Shown: in pieces, positions 35,869 to 46,000 of the stretch
Layout: each line of letters starts with the position of its first letter
Numbering within the stretch: the first letter of the stretch is position 1
Virus record (IMG/VR): IMGVR_UViG_2885360797_000005
Strand: one strand, 5' to 3'
Source of the DNA: a virus
Lineage: Duplodnaviria; Caudoviricetes
DNA: 64,000 bases
Made by a program: the position numbers and the translations under genes
The notes under the pieces: generated by a model
Databases searched by the model: none
The model's input: only the letters and a program-made list of their open reading frames with translations
Told to the model about the DNA's origin: nothing

Positions 35869-37446
35869 TTAGACGCTGATTACATCGCCAACCTCATACT
35901 CGCTCCACGTTGTTGTGGTCTTGGTGGTCGCGGAAGCACCCTCACCTGTGGTAGTGGTGGTGTTCTTGGCACGCCAAAGCGTACCCTTGACAGCGGTGGC
36001 TGCGATACCGGGGCAGTCGCTCAGCAGGTAGTAGATACCGCCGTCAACCGGGGATTCGGGGGCAGTAGAGCCTTCGTAGAACAGATAGTGGGCTGCGTCC
36101 TCGTTGACGTTGTCGTTGGCGGTGGTGTCCTCGCCGTTGATCCATAAGTGGCAAGAACCTTTGAGGGCGATTGCATCCCATGTGAGAATGCTCTCGCGTG
36201 TTGCCTCTTCGCCCTCCACGCGGTCAGACGATGAGTGTTCCGCGGCGAGAACGTAACGCACAAGGCGGTCGGGCGAAAGCAAGAATGCCGAATTGCTCCA
36301 GCCGAGGCGGTCAAAGGTCGGCTCACGCTTGAACTCGATGTCGCCGAACACGGTGTGAATGGCGGTGACGGTCCATCCGAACTTGTTGGTCTTGACGTCA
36401 ATCTTGACCTCCGGGTGCTTCGAGAAGTCGATGCACTGGATGTTCTCAAGGAAGTTCTTGCCGCAGAGGGCCAGGCCACTGCTCGGAACATCCTCGCCGG
36501 TGAAGAACATCTTGGCAAGGGCGATGAACTCTTCGTAAGTCCACTTGCCGATGTGCTGAATCTCTTTCTTCACCTGATAGCGCACGCCCTCGGAGAAGTA
36601 GATGTCCTGCACGCCGACTTCGGGTGTGTTCACCTTAATCTTGCCCTTACGTCCGGCAAGCAGGGAGCGGTTGGTGTCGCACTTGAACTTGGTAAGTGCG
36701 GCCTCGGCGATGATTGCCTTGGTGAACGGGATGCGTTTCTTGACGGCATCGAAGTAGTCCGACACGATGCGGTTCATGCCACGCTTCTGCAAGAACACGC
36801 GAGTGGGCTGCGGAACAAAGAGGTCGGGGTCAACTTTCTTCTGCGTTTCATAGAGCGCGTTGCCGAGCAGAATGAGTTTCGTTCCGGCAGGAATTGCAGG
36901 CGTAGTGCAATACTCAGCATCAGTGGTTGACTTGGGACCGTTCACGGCGCGACAGATGGGATTGCCTGTTGTGGGGTCGTGACCGACAACAAACAGCATG
37001 AGGTCTTTGCCGGGCGTTGCCTTGCTTCCGTCCTCGGTATAGCCGTCAACGCCAACGGCAAGCAACGTGCCGTAGGGGCGCGGAATCTGCTGGTCGTCGC
37101 CGTCAAGGGAAACTACGAACTGATTGCTTGTGCCTTTGGCAACGGCGGCGGTTGTGGTCACGCAGGTGCGAGGCTCGTCAATCATGTAGTGGTCAACTTC
37201 GGGCGATGTTACCTTGACACGCTTTGCTTTCAGCGCAATCTGCATGAGGGGTGTGTCATCGCCCTTAAACTTGTAGAGTTCTTCGTCAAGGTCGGGCTGC
37301 ACGAGGTTTCCACCGTCAATGCCGCCAGTTGCCCCTGCGAGATTGCTCACAGTAGCGGCTGCTCCGCTTACCTGCGAACTGACTCCGGCTGAGCCGGGGG
37401 TCGGGGTGGGATTTGTACCACCAACAATTACTGTTTCTCCGTCCAT
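35869..37446 (-). CDS. Major capsid protein
   Basis: 525 aa, downstream of the scaffold and followed by a terminator; DTPLMQI, FSEGVRYQ and T.FGDIEF..EP motifs fit an HK97-fold MCP. Confidence 0.75.
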   Translation of the reverse strand: MDGETVIVGGTNPTPTPGSAGVSSQVSGAAATVSNLAGATGGIDGGNLVQPDLDEELYKFKGDDTPLMQIALKAKRVKVTSPEVDHYMIDEPRTCVTTTAAVAKGTSNQFVVSLDGDDQQIPRPYGTLLAVGVDGYTEDGSKATPGKDLMLFVVGHDPTTGNPICRAVNGPKSTTDAEYCTTPAIPAGTKLILLGNALYETQKKVDPDLFVPQPTRVFLQKRGMNRIVSDYFDAVKKRIPFTKAIIAEAALTKFKCDTNRSLLAGRKGKIKVNTPEVGVQDIYFSEGVRYQVKKEIQHIGKWTYEEFIALAKMFFTGEDVPSSGLALCGKNFLENIQCIDFSKHPEVKIDVKTNKFGWTVTAIHTVFGDIEFKREPTFDRLGWSNSAFLLSPDRLVRYVLAAEHSSSDRVEGEEATRESILTWDAIALKGSCHLWINGEDTTANDNVNEDAAHYLFYEGSTAPESPVDGGIYYLLSDCPGIAATAVKGTLWRAKNTTTTTGEGASATTKTTTTWSEYEVGDVISV

Positions 37447-37473
37447 GGTTGGAAAAATTTTGTGATTAAAGAT

Positions 37474-37644
37474 TTATTTATTGTCGTTTTCAATGAAATT
37501 GCCTTTGCCTATTCCACCAGTCGCGGATGCAAGATTGCTGACTGACGCGGTCGCGCCTGCAACATGACTGCGGATTCCTGCCGACCCTTTTGTCGGTGTG
37601 ACCTTATAGCCCTCATCGGGGCAGTGTACCACAACGCCGTCCAT
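37474..37644 (-). CDS. 56-aa paralogue of the capsid N-terminal arm
   Basis: MDGVVVHCPDEGYKVTPTKGSAGIRSHVAGATASVSNLASATGGIGKGNFIENDNK; 24/34 identical to MCP residues 14-47. Confidence 0.75.
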   Translation of the reverse strand: MDGVVVHCPDEGYKVTPTKGSAGIRSHVAGATASVSNLASATGGIGKGNFIENDNK

Positions 37645-37646
37645 GA

Positions 37647-38387
37647 CTACATGGCTTCGCTGGCGAGGTCAAACATAGACTGCTCTTTGCGTGTCGGAGC
37701 TGCGCCCTGTCCGTTCTTGCCGCCGATTGGGGCTGTGCCGTCACCTTTCTTGCTCTTGCGCAGTTTCTCCACAACTTTTGCGTTGCGTCCTGCTATCTCG
37801 CCCTCTTCACCTGCGGCCGCTACATCGGCATCGTAGTTGAGGGCCTTGCTGGCCATGTCAAGAGTTTCGGTGCTGAACTTGCCCATAACGCCGTCACGGA
37901 CTATGCCGAGGAGGAGTTCAACGAGTTTGTCAATCTGCTCATCGCTCATGCCGCGCTCGGCCTGGAACTGACGGAGAGTTTCAAGAGTGGTGTCCATGTT
38001 CTTCTCATACTCTTCGTCCAGTTTCTTGGAGTTGGCTACGCGCTCGACATAATCCTTATTGGCTTCGGCAATCTTGTCCTGCATTTCGGGGTCGTCAAGC
38101 ACGTCCTTGATTTCCACGCCGAAGTTGCGCACAAGACCGAGAACCGGGTCAGTGCCGTTATGCATATCGGTGAGGAACTGCGCACTGCGAGGGTCGGCCG
38201 CGAACATATCCGACAGAGATTTCTCCCTGCCGCGATACCCCTCCAACTCTGCCTCGTAATTGTCGTAATCATCGGAAATCTGTCCGTAGATTTCCTCATC
38301 GTCCTCGAATTTCTTTTCGGGGTATTTCTTGCGCAGCCGTTCAAGGTGTTGGTCGCGCCTGCTCTTAACTTCGTTAGTATCAGCCAT
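37647..38387 (-). CDS. Capsid scaffolding protein
   Basis: Acidic and helical, upstream of MCP, flexible C-terminal tail. Confidence 0.65.
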   Translation of the reverse strand: MADTNEVKSRRDQHLERLRKKYPEKKFEDDEEIYGQISDDYDNYEAELEGYRGREKSLSDMFAADPRSAQFLTDMHNGTDPVLGLVRNFGVEIKDVLDDPEMQDKIAEANKDYVERVANSKKLDEEYEKNMDTTLETLRQFQAERGMSDEQIDKLVELLLGIVRDGVMGKFSTETLDMASKALNYDADVAAAGEEGEIAGRNAKVVEKLRKSKKGDGTAPIGGKNGQGAAPTRKEQSMFDLASEAM

Positions 38388-38425
38388 TATTTTGAAAATC
38401 TTATGGTTGGGTCATTATCTATGCG

Positions 38426-38472
38426 CAAAAATAAGTCTATAAATTCGGGCGCGACTTTTAAGTTTTGTGACG
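38426..38472 (-). promoter_or_regulatory. Putative late promoter, copy 4 (head operon)
   Basis: Minus strand CGTCACAAAACTTAAA, 23 bp, TATTTTTG. Confidence 0.7.
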
Positions 38473-38481
38473 TGAATTGGT

Positions 38482-38489
38482 TAACTTTG
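38482..38489 (+). promoter_or_regulatory. -7 box of the divergent terminase-operon promoter
   Basis: TAACTTTG, 36 bp upstream of the ATG at 38525. Confidence 0.55.
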
Positions 38490-38524
38490 CATAGGAACTA
38501 CCAATCAACATCGCAATGGAATAG

Positions 38525-38971
38525 ATGGCTAAACATTTCGGCTCTATAATGGATTTCACGAGCCAACGCAATGATGACCTCATGCGTGCATATCGTGAAC
38601 AACTCGCCTTGGCGAATTACATTATTATGCCCGAAATTTTTGAGAAGGTGGCTGAATCACCTGCAAGACGCTTCTGGGTTTCCGAAGAGCGGGCCACCGT
38701 GGAGGTGGCGCGTATGTTGGTTGGAAAGCCGTTTTCGCGTATGCGTCAGAACAAACGCGAGATGTTTGAAGAGATATTTCGCAGGTACTTGGCTCTCCGC
38801 GATTTGCACCCCGACAAATCACTCTTTGAACTGGTGTCAAGGGTTGTCCATCAGCCTGCTCCGAAATTCTATCTTACACCTCGCACAGTAGGAGAATTCA
38901 TATACCGCATTAAGAATGGTTGGTATGACAAGCAGTTTGACCGATATAGACAAGATATTGACGGAGAATGA
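38525..38971 (+). CDS. Small helical DNA-binding protein (terminase small subunit or late regulator)
   Basis: Overlaps the terL start; internal duplication (PARRFWVS and PAPKFYLT). Confidence 0.55.
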   Translation: MAKHFGSIMDFTSQRNDDLMRAYREQLALANYIIMPEIFEKVAESPARRFWVSEERATVEVARMLVGKPFSRMRQNKREMFEEIFRRYLALRDLHPDKSLFELVSRVVHQPAPKFYLTPRTVGEFIYRIKNGWYDKQFDRYRQDIDGE

Positions 38972-41036
38972 CCGCCGTAATGAGGTGATGTATGCTTCGT
39001 TCAACCCGATTACTGGAGAGGGTTCTATTGGGGAAAGGGTCAAGGTGTCTATCTCCGACTTCGTCATGCCGGTCCAGTGGTTGCCTGATGAAATGATGTC
39101 TATCCCTTTTGTCAGCAAACTGGTTAAGGCAGGCTCTATTGACAGATTCCTTTCGGATGTCCTGCACGTTGAGCCGAACGATACAGACCATGACAAGGTT
39201 TCCGAGAAGTTCATACGCCTGCGCTATCGGCACGATTTCGCTTTTTGGGCCGCAACCCTTGTGTGGATTCACAACAAGGATGCAGGCTCTGACGTGCTGT
39301 TCCGGCTACGCTATCCGCAACGCATACTGGTGTCGCGCTTTGAAGAGAAGCGAAAGGCAGGCTTGCCTATACGTCTTATCCTGCTGAAAGCACGTCAGTG
39401 GGGCGGCTCCACTACGACCCAGTTGTATATGGCATGGTTGCAGTTCTTTCACAAGCGAGGGCTGAACTCCCTTATCATCGCACATCAAGGCACGGCATCC
39501 GATGAAATCAAGGATATGTTCGACACGATGATAAAGGAATACCCGATTGAATTGCTCTACGACATGGGCGCGTCATACGACCGCAATGCCCCAAAGATGG
39601 TAGGTGTCGGTAAGTCCGGGTCAACATCGCGCGTACCACAGCGCAACTGCAAGATTAAGATTGGTACTGCCGAACGTCCTGACGGTTGCCGTGGCGGTGC
39701 TTATTCGCTCGTCCATCTCTCCGAGGTCGGGATATGGAAAAAGACTGACGGCAAATCTCCCGAAGATATTGTGCGCTCTGCCTGTTCGGGTATTCTCCTG
39801 CGTCCGCTCACAATGATTGTGATGGAATCAACTGCAAATGGTACTGGCAATTTCTTCCACACCGAATATTCTGCGGCCGTTGACCCTAATACTCCATCCC
39901 AGTTTGAGGCGTTGTTTATAGCATGGTTTCAGATCGAGCAATACTCTCTGCCGTTTGAGAGTGGCGAGGAGTTGCGAGATTTCGCAAAGTGGCTCTATGA
40001 TAACCGGGAAAATGACAATGTGCTGTCATCGCGTGAAGAGTGCGGAAAGTATCTTTGGTGGCTGTGGGAAAAGGGTGCGTCACTGGAAGCAATCAACTGG
40101 TACATCAAGGAGCGTAGCGGTAAGAACGACCACGGCATCATGGCTTCCGAGTTCCCCTCGGATGATGTTGAGGCTTTCGTTCATTCCGGAACAATGGTGT
40201 TCGACAAATATCAAGTCGAAGAATTTGAGAACGCCTGCCGTCCTCCGCGCTACATCGGCGATGTATATGCGGATAGTGATGAGGGCGAAAAGGCTCTTGA
40301 GAACCTGCGCTTCCATGAGGACAGGCAGGGGCAGTTCTGCATTTGGGTAAAGCCCGAAGATGATGACGAGGTGGAAATAACCGACCGATACCTCACTGTC
40401 GTTGACGTGGGCGGTCGCTCGGCAAAAGCCGACTGGTCTGTGATTCTTGTTATCGACCGTCTGAATATGATAGAGGGCGGTCGCCCGGCTGTTGTAGCCC
40501 AGTGGTACGGACATTGCGATATTGACCGCCTCGCGTGGAAAGCTGCGCAGGTGGCGGCTTACTACAATGAATCGCTCCTTGTCATAGAGAGCAACACACT
40601 GGAAACACATGACCGAGAAAGGCAGGTTGAGGGTGGCGACCAGTCGCAATATATCCTCAATCAGATTTCAACCATCTATCCCAACCTCTATGCACGCCGT
40701 CAGTCCGAGGACGAGATTAGGCAGGGCGTTCCGCGCAAATATGGCTTCCACACCAACATTGCCACAAAGCCGATGATTATCTCAACGCTCGTCAAAGTCA
40801 TACGCGAACACCTCTACACGGAACGCGACAAGCGGTGTCTTGATGAATATCTGACCTATGAGCGTAAGCAGAACGGCGCGTATGGGGCTATCATCGGCAA
40901 ACATGATGACTTGCTCATGACACGCGCCATCGGTATGCACATCTGCTTCTATGAAATGGATATGCCTCGGATTATTCCCAAACAGCATGGCCCGGCGAAA
41001 AAAAGAAAAGGCCCCGTTTCCGAGGCCGTTTTCTGA
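38916..41036 (+). CDS. terL: Terminase large subunit
   Basis: LKARQWGGST Walker A, HLSE Walker B, ESTANG, VDVGG...D nuclease motif, IESN, HDDLLM. Confidence 0.92.
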   Translation: MVGMTSSLTDIDKILTENDRRNEVMYASFNPITGEGSIGERVKVSISDFVMPVQWLPDEMMSIPFVSKLVKAGSIDRFLSDVLHVEPNDTDHDKVSEKFIRLRYRHDFAFWAATLVWIHNKDAGSDVLFRLRYPQRILVSRFEEKRKAGLPIRLILLKARQWGGSTTTQLYMAWLQFFHKRGLNSLIIAHQGTASDEIKDMFDTMIKEYPIELLYDMGASYDRNAPKMVGVGKSGSTSRVPQRNCKIKIGTAERPDGCRGGAYSLVHLSEVGIWKKTDGKSPEDIVRSACSGILLRPLTMIVMESTANGTGNFFHTEYSAAVDPNTPSQFEALFIAWFQIEQYSLPFESGEELRDFAKWLYDNRENDNVLSSREECGKYLWWLWEKGASLEAINWYIKERSGKNDHGIMASEFPSDDVEAFVHSGTMVFDKYQVEEFENACRPPRYIGDVYADSDEGEKALENLRFHEDRQGQFCIWVKPEDDDEVEITDRYLTVVDVGGRSAKADWSVILVIDRLNMIEGGRPAVVAQWYGHCDIDRLAWKAAQVAAYYNESLLVIESNTLETHDRERQVEGGDQSQYILNQISTIYPNLYARRQSEDEIRQGVPRKYGFHTNIATKPMIISTLVKVIREHLYTERDKRCLDEYLTYERKQNGAYGAIIGKHDDLLMTRAIGMHICFYEMDMPRIIPKQHGPAKKRKGPVSEAVF

Positions 41037-41053
41037 TTGGTGTACTGGGGTTG

Positions 41054-43006
41054 TTATGCTGCAAGCATACGCTGTGCCTGCTGTGCGGCTTGCATATTCG
41101 CGCCCTGCTGTGCCTGCTGTGCCAGTTCGGGCGAAATCCCTTCGGGCATCTGACCCTGCTCCAGTTGTTCGCGTTGGCTCTTGATGCTCTGCAAAAGTCC
41201 GTCCGCAAATGGGAAGTCACCGTGTTCAAGCAACTGCTCTATGGAGATTGCCTGCGCTTTCCACAACTCCATCAGCATATCGTTCACAATTGCGCGGTAT
41301 GCAGGCGTTGACGTGCTTTCTACAATAGACAGGTCAAACTCAACGTCACGGATTTTCCGTGGGTCATACTCAACGATAGCCGAGTTCTTGCCTGCGATGT
41401 TGAACACTCTCGGAGTTTCGTAGTATTGCTGAATGTTCTTGACATCCTTTGTCGCGCCATCTCTGATGAACGAAGAGAACGTATCGAGCAGGTCAAGCAA
41501 CGAGGTTGTTGCGTTCTGCGCCTGCTGATTGTAGAGGCTTGCTGACATTCCCGAATAGCCAGGCTTGCCCTGCAATGCGCCGTTCACGCCCGATATGTCC
41601 TCAAAGAATTTCAGCTGCATATTCAGCAACTCGGTTATGCCTATCTGCGTGCAGTTGTTGGCAACCTGCTGTGGCAGGGCCGTGCCTGCCTTTGGCTGTC
41701 TTATCATTATCACGCCGTTGAACCGCGCCCACTCGTCTGCAATATCTTCTATTGTCATTCCTTTTGGCAGGCAGTCCTCCGGGAAGAGAAGCACACCCTT
41801 TGCACTCGCACGCATAATCCAGTCGTACATCGTGATGAGGCGGTTGGTGTATCGCTGTTGGTCGATCACGTTGCTGACTAAAGAATGAATTTCTCCGTCA
41901 ATGAACGGATACGCCTTGAAAACGTATGGGTGGCTCTTGTGTTCGTAGGGCGTTTCTCCCTCTTCCAGTATGTCGCCGAAAGGAGAGAGCAGATAATAAT
42001 ACCAGTAGGAGTCCATGAACCATTCGCACTGAATCAGAGGAACGTCACTCTCGTCCATGCCCAATTCCTGCGCCTCGCGCTTTCGCTCTCGGTTCACACT
42101 GCCGACAAATTCCTCATAGTCCTCCAGTTCGATTTTGAACACATCGCCGTTGTTTATATCGTGACAGCGGTAGCGAGGCTTGCTCTCCTTGCGCCACACC
42201 TCAATCACACGGCATCGGGTAATGTCGCGTGGAACGAGGAAATCATAGTATCCCTGCAACGGATGACCGAAAGATTCAAATGCCGCGCCCAATGCATTCT
42301 TGTCACGGGCATCTTTGTATATGTCCGCAAGACGTTTGTAGTCTGCCGGATTATGCGCGAACCGCTCACACAATTCTTCAAACGATACGTCATGCACCTC
42401 TCCGAGGCAGGACACGTCCCATCCTCGGAAGTCGCGCATATTGTTATCTATAAAGAAATTGTTAGGCTGAACATAGTCCGTCCAACAATCCAGTTTATCA
42501 TTGCGCCAGCCATACCACTTGCGCTGTACGACAAAGCCGGAGATTAAGAACTCTTCCATGCATCGGGCGTTAATCTCGGTCATGCGGTTGAGCTGCATAT
42601 TGCATTGCAGGACGGTTGACATGGTTTCGCCGTATTTCTGCTCGTCGCGGTCACGCGCCGTGCAGGTCGGCTCTTTGGCCTGACTGCGGTACACGCCCAG
42701 TACAGCCTGCACCATTCGGCGGATAAGGTTGTTCTTCAGTGCGACATTGCCCTGCGACTTGATGTAGTCCTCTTCCCTCATCATCTTGCCGTCAACGCAT
42801 ATCAAGTCATCCCACTGCCTGCCGTAGGTATAGTTCTTGTTGCGCTCTCGGTCTTGACGGAATGTCTCCATTGCCTGCCAATATTGTTGCGCTTCCCATA
42901 GAACATCAAAGGCTCGGTTGCGCCCCGTACTCTTGGCGCGTGCCACGCTGTCCAGTTCACTCTTGGGCATTACGCGGCTTGCTTTATGTAATTTCTTCTT
43001 TGCCAT
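41054..43006 (-). CDS. Portal protein (P22-like)
   Basis: NYTYGRQW, NNLIRRMV, IDQQRYTN, ISGVNGALQG...SG, Gln-rich tail; ATG at 43006. Confidence 0.8.
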   Translation of the reverse strand: MAKKKLHKASRVMPKSELDSVARAKSTGRNRAFDVLWEAQQYWQAMETFRQDRERNKNYTYGRQWDDLICVDGKMMREEDYIKSQGNVALKNNLIRRMVQAVLGVYRSQAKEPTCTARDRDEQKYGETMSTVLQCNMQLNRMTEINARCMEEFLISGFVVQRKWYGWRNDKLDCWTDYVQPNNFFIDNNMRDFRGWDVSCLGEVHDVSFEELCERFAHNPADYKRLADIYKDARDKNALGAAFESFGHPLQGYYDFLVPRDITRCRVIEVWRKESKPRYRCHDINNGDVFKIELEDYEEFVGSVNRERKREAQELGMDESDVPLIQCEWFMDSYWYYYLLSPFGDILEEGETPYEHKSHPYVFKAYPFIDGEIHSLVSNVIDQQRYTNRLITMYDWIMRASAKGVLLFPEDCLPKGMTIEDIADEWARFNGVIMIRQPKAGTALPQQVANNCTQIGITELLNMQLKFFEDISGVNGALQGKPGYSGMSASLYNQQAQNATTSLLDLLDTFSSFIRDGATKDVKNIQQYYETPRVFNIAGKNSAIVEYDPRKIRDVEFDLSIVESTSTPAYRAIVNDMLMELWKAQAISIEQLLEHGDFPFADGLLQSIKSQREQLEQGQMPEGISPELAQQAQQGANMQAAQQAQRMLAA

Positions 43007-43031
43007 TGTAATTGGTATATTATGGACGGTG

Positions 43032-43073
43032 CAAAGATAACACTCTGCATCGTCCACAATCATTTAACTATTG
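43032..43073 (-). promoter_or_regulatory. Putative late promoter, copy 5 (portal)
   Basis: Minus strand CAATAGTTAAA, 23 bp, TATCTTTG. The -7 box sits inside the tggacggtgca/tgcatcgtcca inverted repeat. Confidence 0.55.
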
Positions 43074-46000
43074 CTGTATGTATTCCTCTGCGAATCGTTC
43101 CTTCATTTTGTTGACCTGCACAGAATCATGAGCGACTTTCATAAGTGATACAACCTCCCGTTTGAGCCTGCGCATTTCTTCCTCGTATGTCGCCCGTTCT
43201 TCATCGGCGATTTCAGAGTCTTTTGTCGCTCTGTTCAACCAGTTGTAATCGGTTATATACTCATCCATCACATCATGCCTTGCTCCGTCTCTCGAATGTT
43301 TCAGAGCATCAAGAAAAATACTGTACCTGTCTGAGCCTCGCTCTGCCTCGTCCTCGTATTTACGCAAAAGGGTGTGAGTGCGTCTGTATTCCTCAAGATA
43401 TTTGAAGAAGTCCGAGTTTATTTTTTTCTCGGCGGTTCGTTCGTCTCCCATCTTGACAAGCCTGTTCACCAGAAGGATGCTGCTCGGGTCATACTCCCGC
43501 TCTCCGAGCATCGTCTCGCCGGTCTTGACCATCTTGTTGATTACATTTGAGTAGCCGCCGAAGTAACCGTTAAGAAGGTACTCCAGCTGCGCGGGGTTGA
43601 AATTCGCCCATCCTGCGGCATAGTTGTTCCCTCCGCTTGCCTCGTTAGCCCATCGGGATAGTTCAACGAGCTGAGTGTTGGTGCGTGGATATGCTTTTGT
43701 CCATTCGGGCATATTCTTGTTGAACGGAGTGTTTTTGTAGATGGGCAATCCTGTCCATGATGTATTTGTAGCTGTTTCCACCATGGGTTTAAACGCACTC
43801 GGAACGAATGCATGCAGTCCGCCTCCTCCCTCCATGAAGTCAAGAGGAAGCAGTTGCGAGAGTTGGGATGCTGTCTCTTTCGCCAGTTCTGCGTCTGAAT
43901 ACTCTTCCCTTCCTGATGTCACACTGTAAGCGAGTTCTCCAAGACCATAAATTGCCCGGTATTCAACCGGTAGTGGAATTGTTAGCCATTGTTCGCCGAA
44001 GCGGAACATCAGATTCGAACGGCGCGTGTACTTCGGTACGTTATAATATCCATTCTTATCCTCATCATCTCCGTCATCCGCCAGTAACGCCATTATATAA
44101 CCCAACAGCAAAAGTGAGGTTGCGGCTGTGATAGACTTGACAGGGTGCTTGCGGAATGCCTTGCCGAAGTTCGCCGTGCCTTGTATGGCAGCATTCCAGA
44201 ACACATAGAAACTCCTGCCGAGACCGGAAGTGAATCCGGCAGCTTTGCCTGCAAAAGTCTGTCCCGTTGCATCCATGAATTTGCTGCCAGCTCCCTTCTT
44301 GTTGAAATTGACGGATATTTCCTTTGCATCATACGCAGACCTCTGTACGTCTCTTCCGACCTCTCGCGATGTTATGAAGGCCGCGAATCGCGCACTGTTC
44401 TCCACTGCCCGGTTTATCTGGTCGAGGTTGTTGCCGATAAGACCAAGAATACTCATCGGATTCAGCTGCCCCCTGCGGGCCTCTTTCATTATTTTTGATA
44501 CAAGCTTCTTCTCCTGTTCAAGATTCCGCTGCAAGGTATAGCCGGTCTCACCACCCCAATGCATGAACTCATAGAACATTCTGTGCATTGGATTGCGCAT
44601 ATCAAGTTTATTCGCCTCATATAGGTGCAGAAGCTCGACCATGCGTATGGGATTGACCTTGGCGTGGTTCTTGTGGAATCTCATCGCATAACCTTGATTC
44701 TCCTTCACATGTACCATCGTGTTGGAATATATCAGGTCTCGGATAAAGTTCGACACAACAAAGTCGGGGTTTCGTGTGGTGTAGAGCTGGCTTAACTCCC
44801 GGTTGACGGTTGAGGCTATATTGAACACTTTGCCGATAGCACCGTTGAGGTCATTGTCGGGATTGGTAAGCCCGTTGACTGCCTGAGCAGCCCTCGGATT
44901 GCCGTTGATGGTGATGACATAACTCTCGCCGTTGCGTTTCACTACCACTTGATGTTCTTTGATATTGCCGTCAACAATACGATACGGTATGCCGATAGCG
45001 TCTCGTCCTCGCTTATACTTGTCCGGTTCCGATTGCGACAACGACTCCATGCGCTCCTCGAAATCCATCACAACTTTGTCTATCTCATCCGGTGTCATGT
45101 TTTCGTCCACATCGGCAAAGACAGGCTTCCATGTATCCGTAATTTCGTCATGGACCAGCCATAGTTTATTCACGCTTGCAAGGTCGCTCGGATGATTCTG
45201 AACATATGTGAGGAATTTCTGCTTCATGACGTTGCGGTTACCTTGTATGATACTGTTCTGCGCCATATAGGCAATCGTGGCCAGTGGGTCATCCGCCTTA
45301 GATTTTCGCCCTTCCGCTTTCTTTATTGGACTGCTGAACGCACCCTTTTTGCTTGTCAGATAGCCATACACATCATCGCTCGTCTTCTCGTCAAAGCCTT
45401 GCAGTGGAATGTAGAAGTTATACATATCTCGAATCTTCTCATACTGCGCCTTGCTTATCAAACCGCAATTATAGATTTTCTGCAAAGATGTTTTGGTAGC
45501 TTTGTTTACTGCACTCCACAATGCAGGGATATCTGTTGAATGCGCCGCCTCGTAATCGTCAACCATTTGCTGCGCCACGATTTCAGCGTTCTGCCAGTCC
45601 GTCTCTCCGGTCAGACCGCATAACCCGGCAAAGTCTCGCTCTGATTCTTCTCCATTGGCAATAGCTTCATTACGCATATAGGCATTACGCTCCAGTCCAT
45701 GCTTGGCCATCATATAGTCCAACAGCTCTTCACGTCCTCTTTTATCACCGGACATGCGAGCGGCTATATCAAGGAGAGGGCGCAGGATGCGATGTTCATA
45801 CTCGTCCATTTCAGCATGGCTCTTACTGCTCATAAGGTTTTCTGCTATGTATGCGTTCTCAAAACTTGACACATCCTCTATGTCGCGTTTTGCACCTTGA
45901 CTTTCCACGGCTTTGTAGAATTCCATAAGTCCTCGCATGGAATCCTGCATAGCCTCGGTAAACTGGTACATACTTGACTGTATCTGCTTCTCATACATGG

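Noticed and set aside
43023-43056. Invertible (phase-variable) promoter
   Set aside because: The spacer between the inverted repeats is only 12 bp and no dedicated invertase is present.
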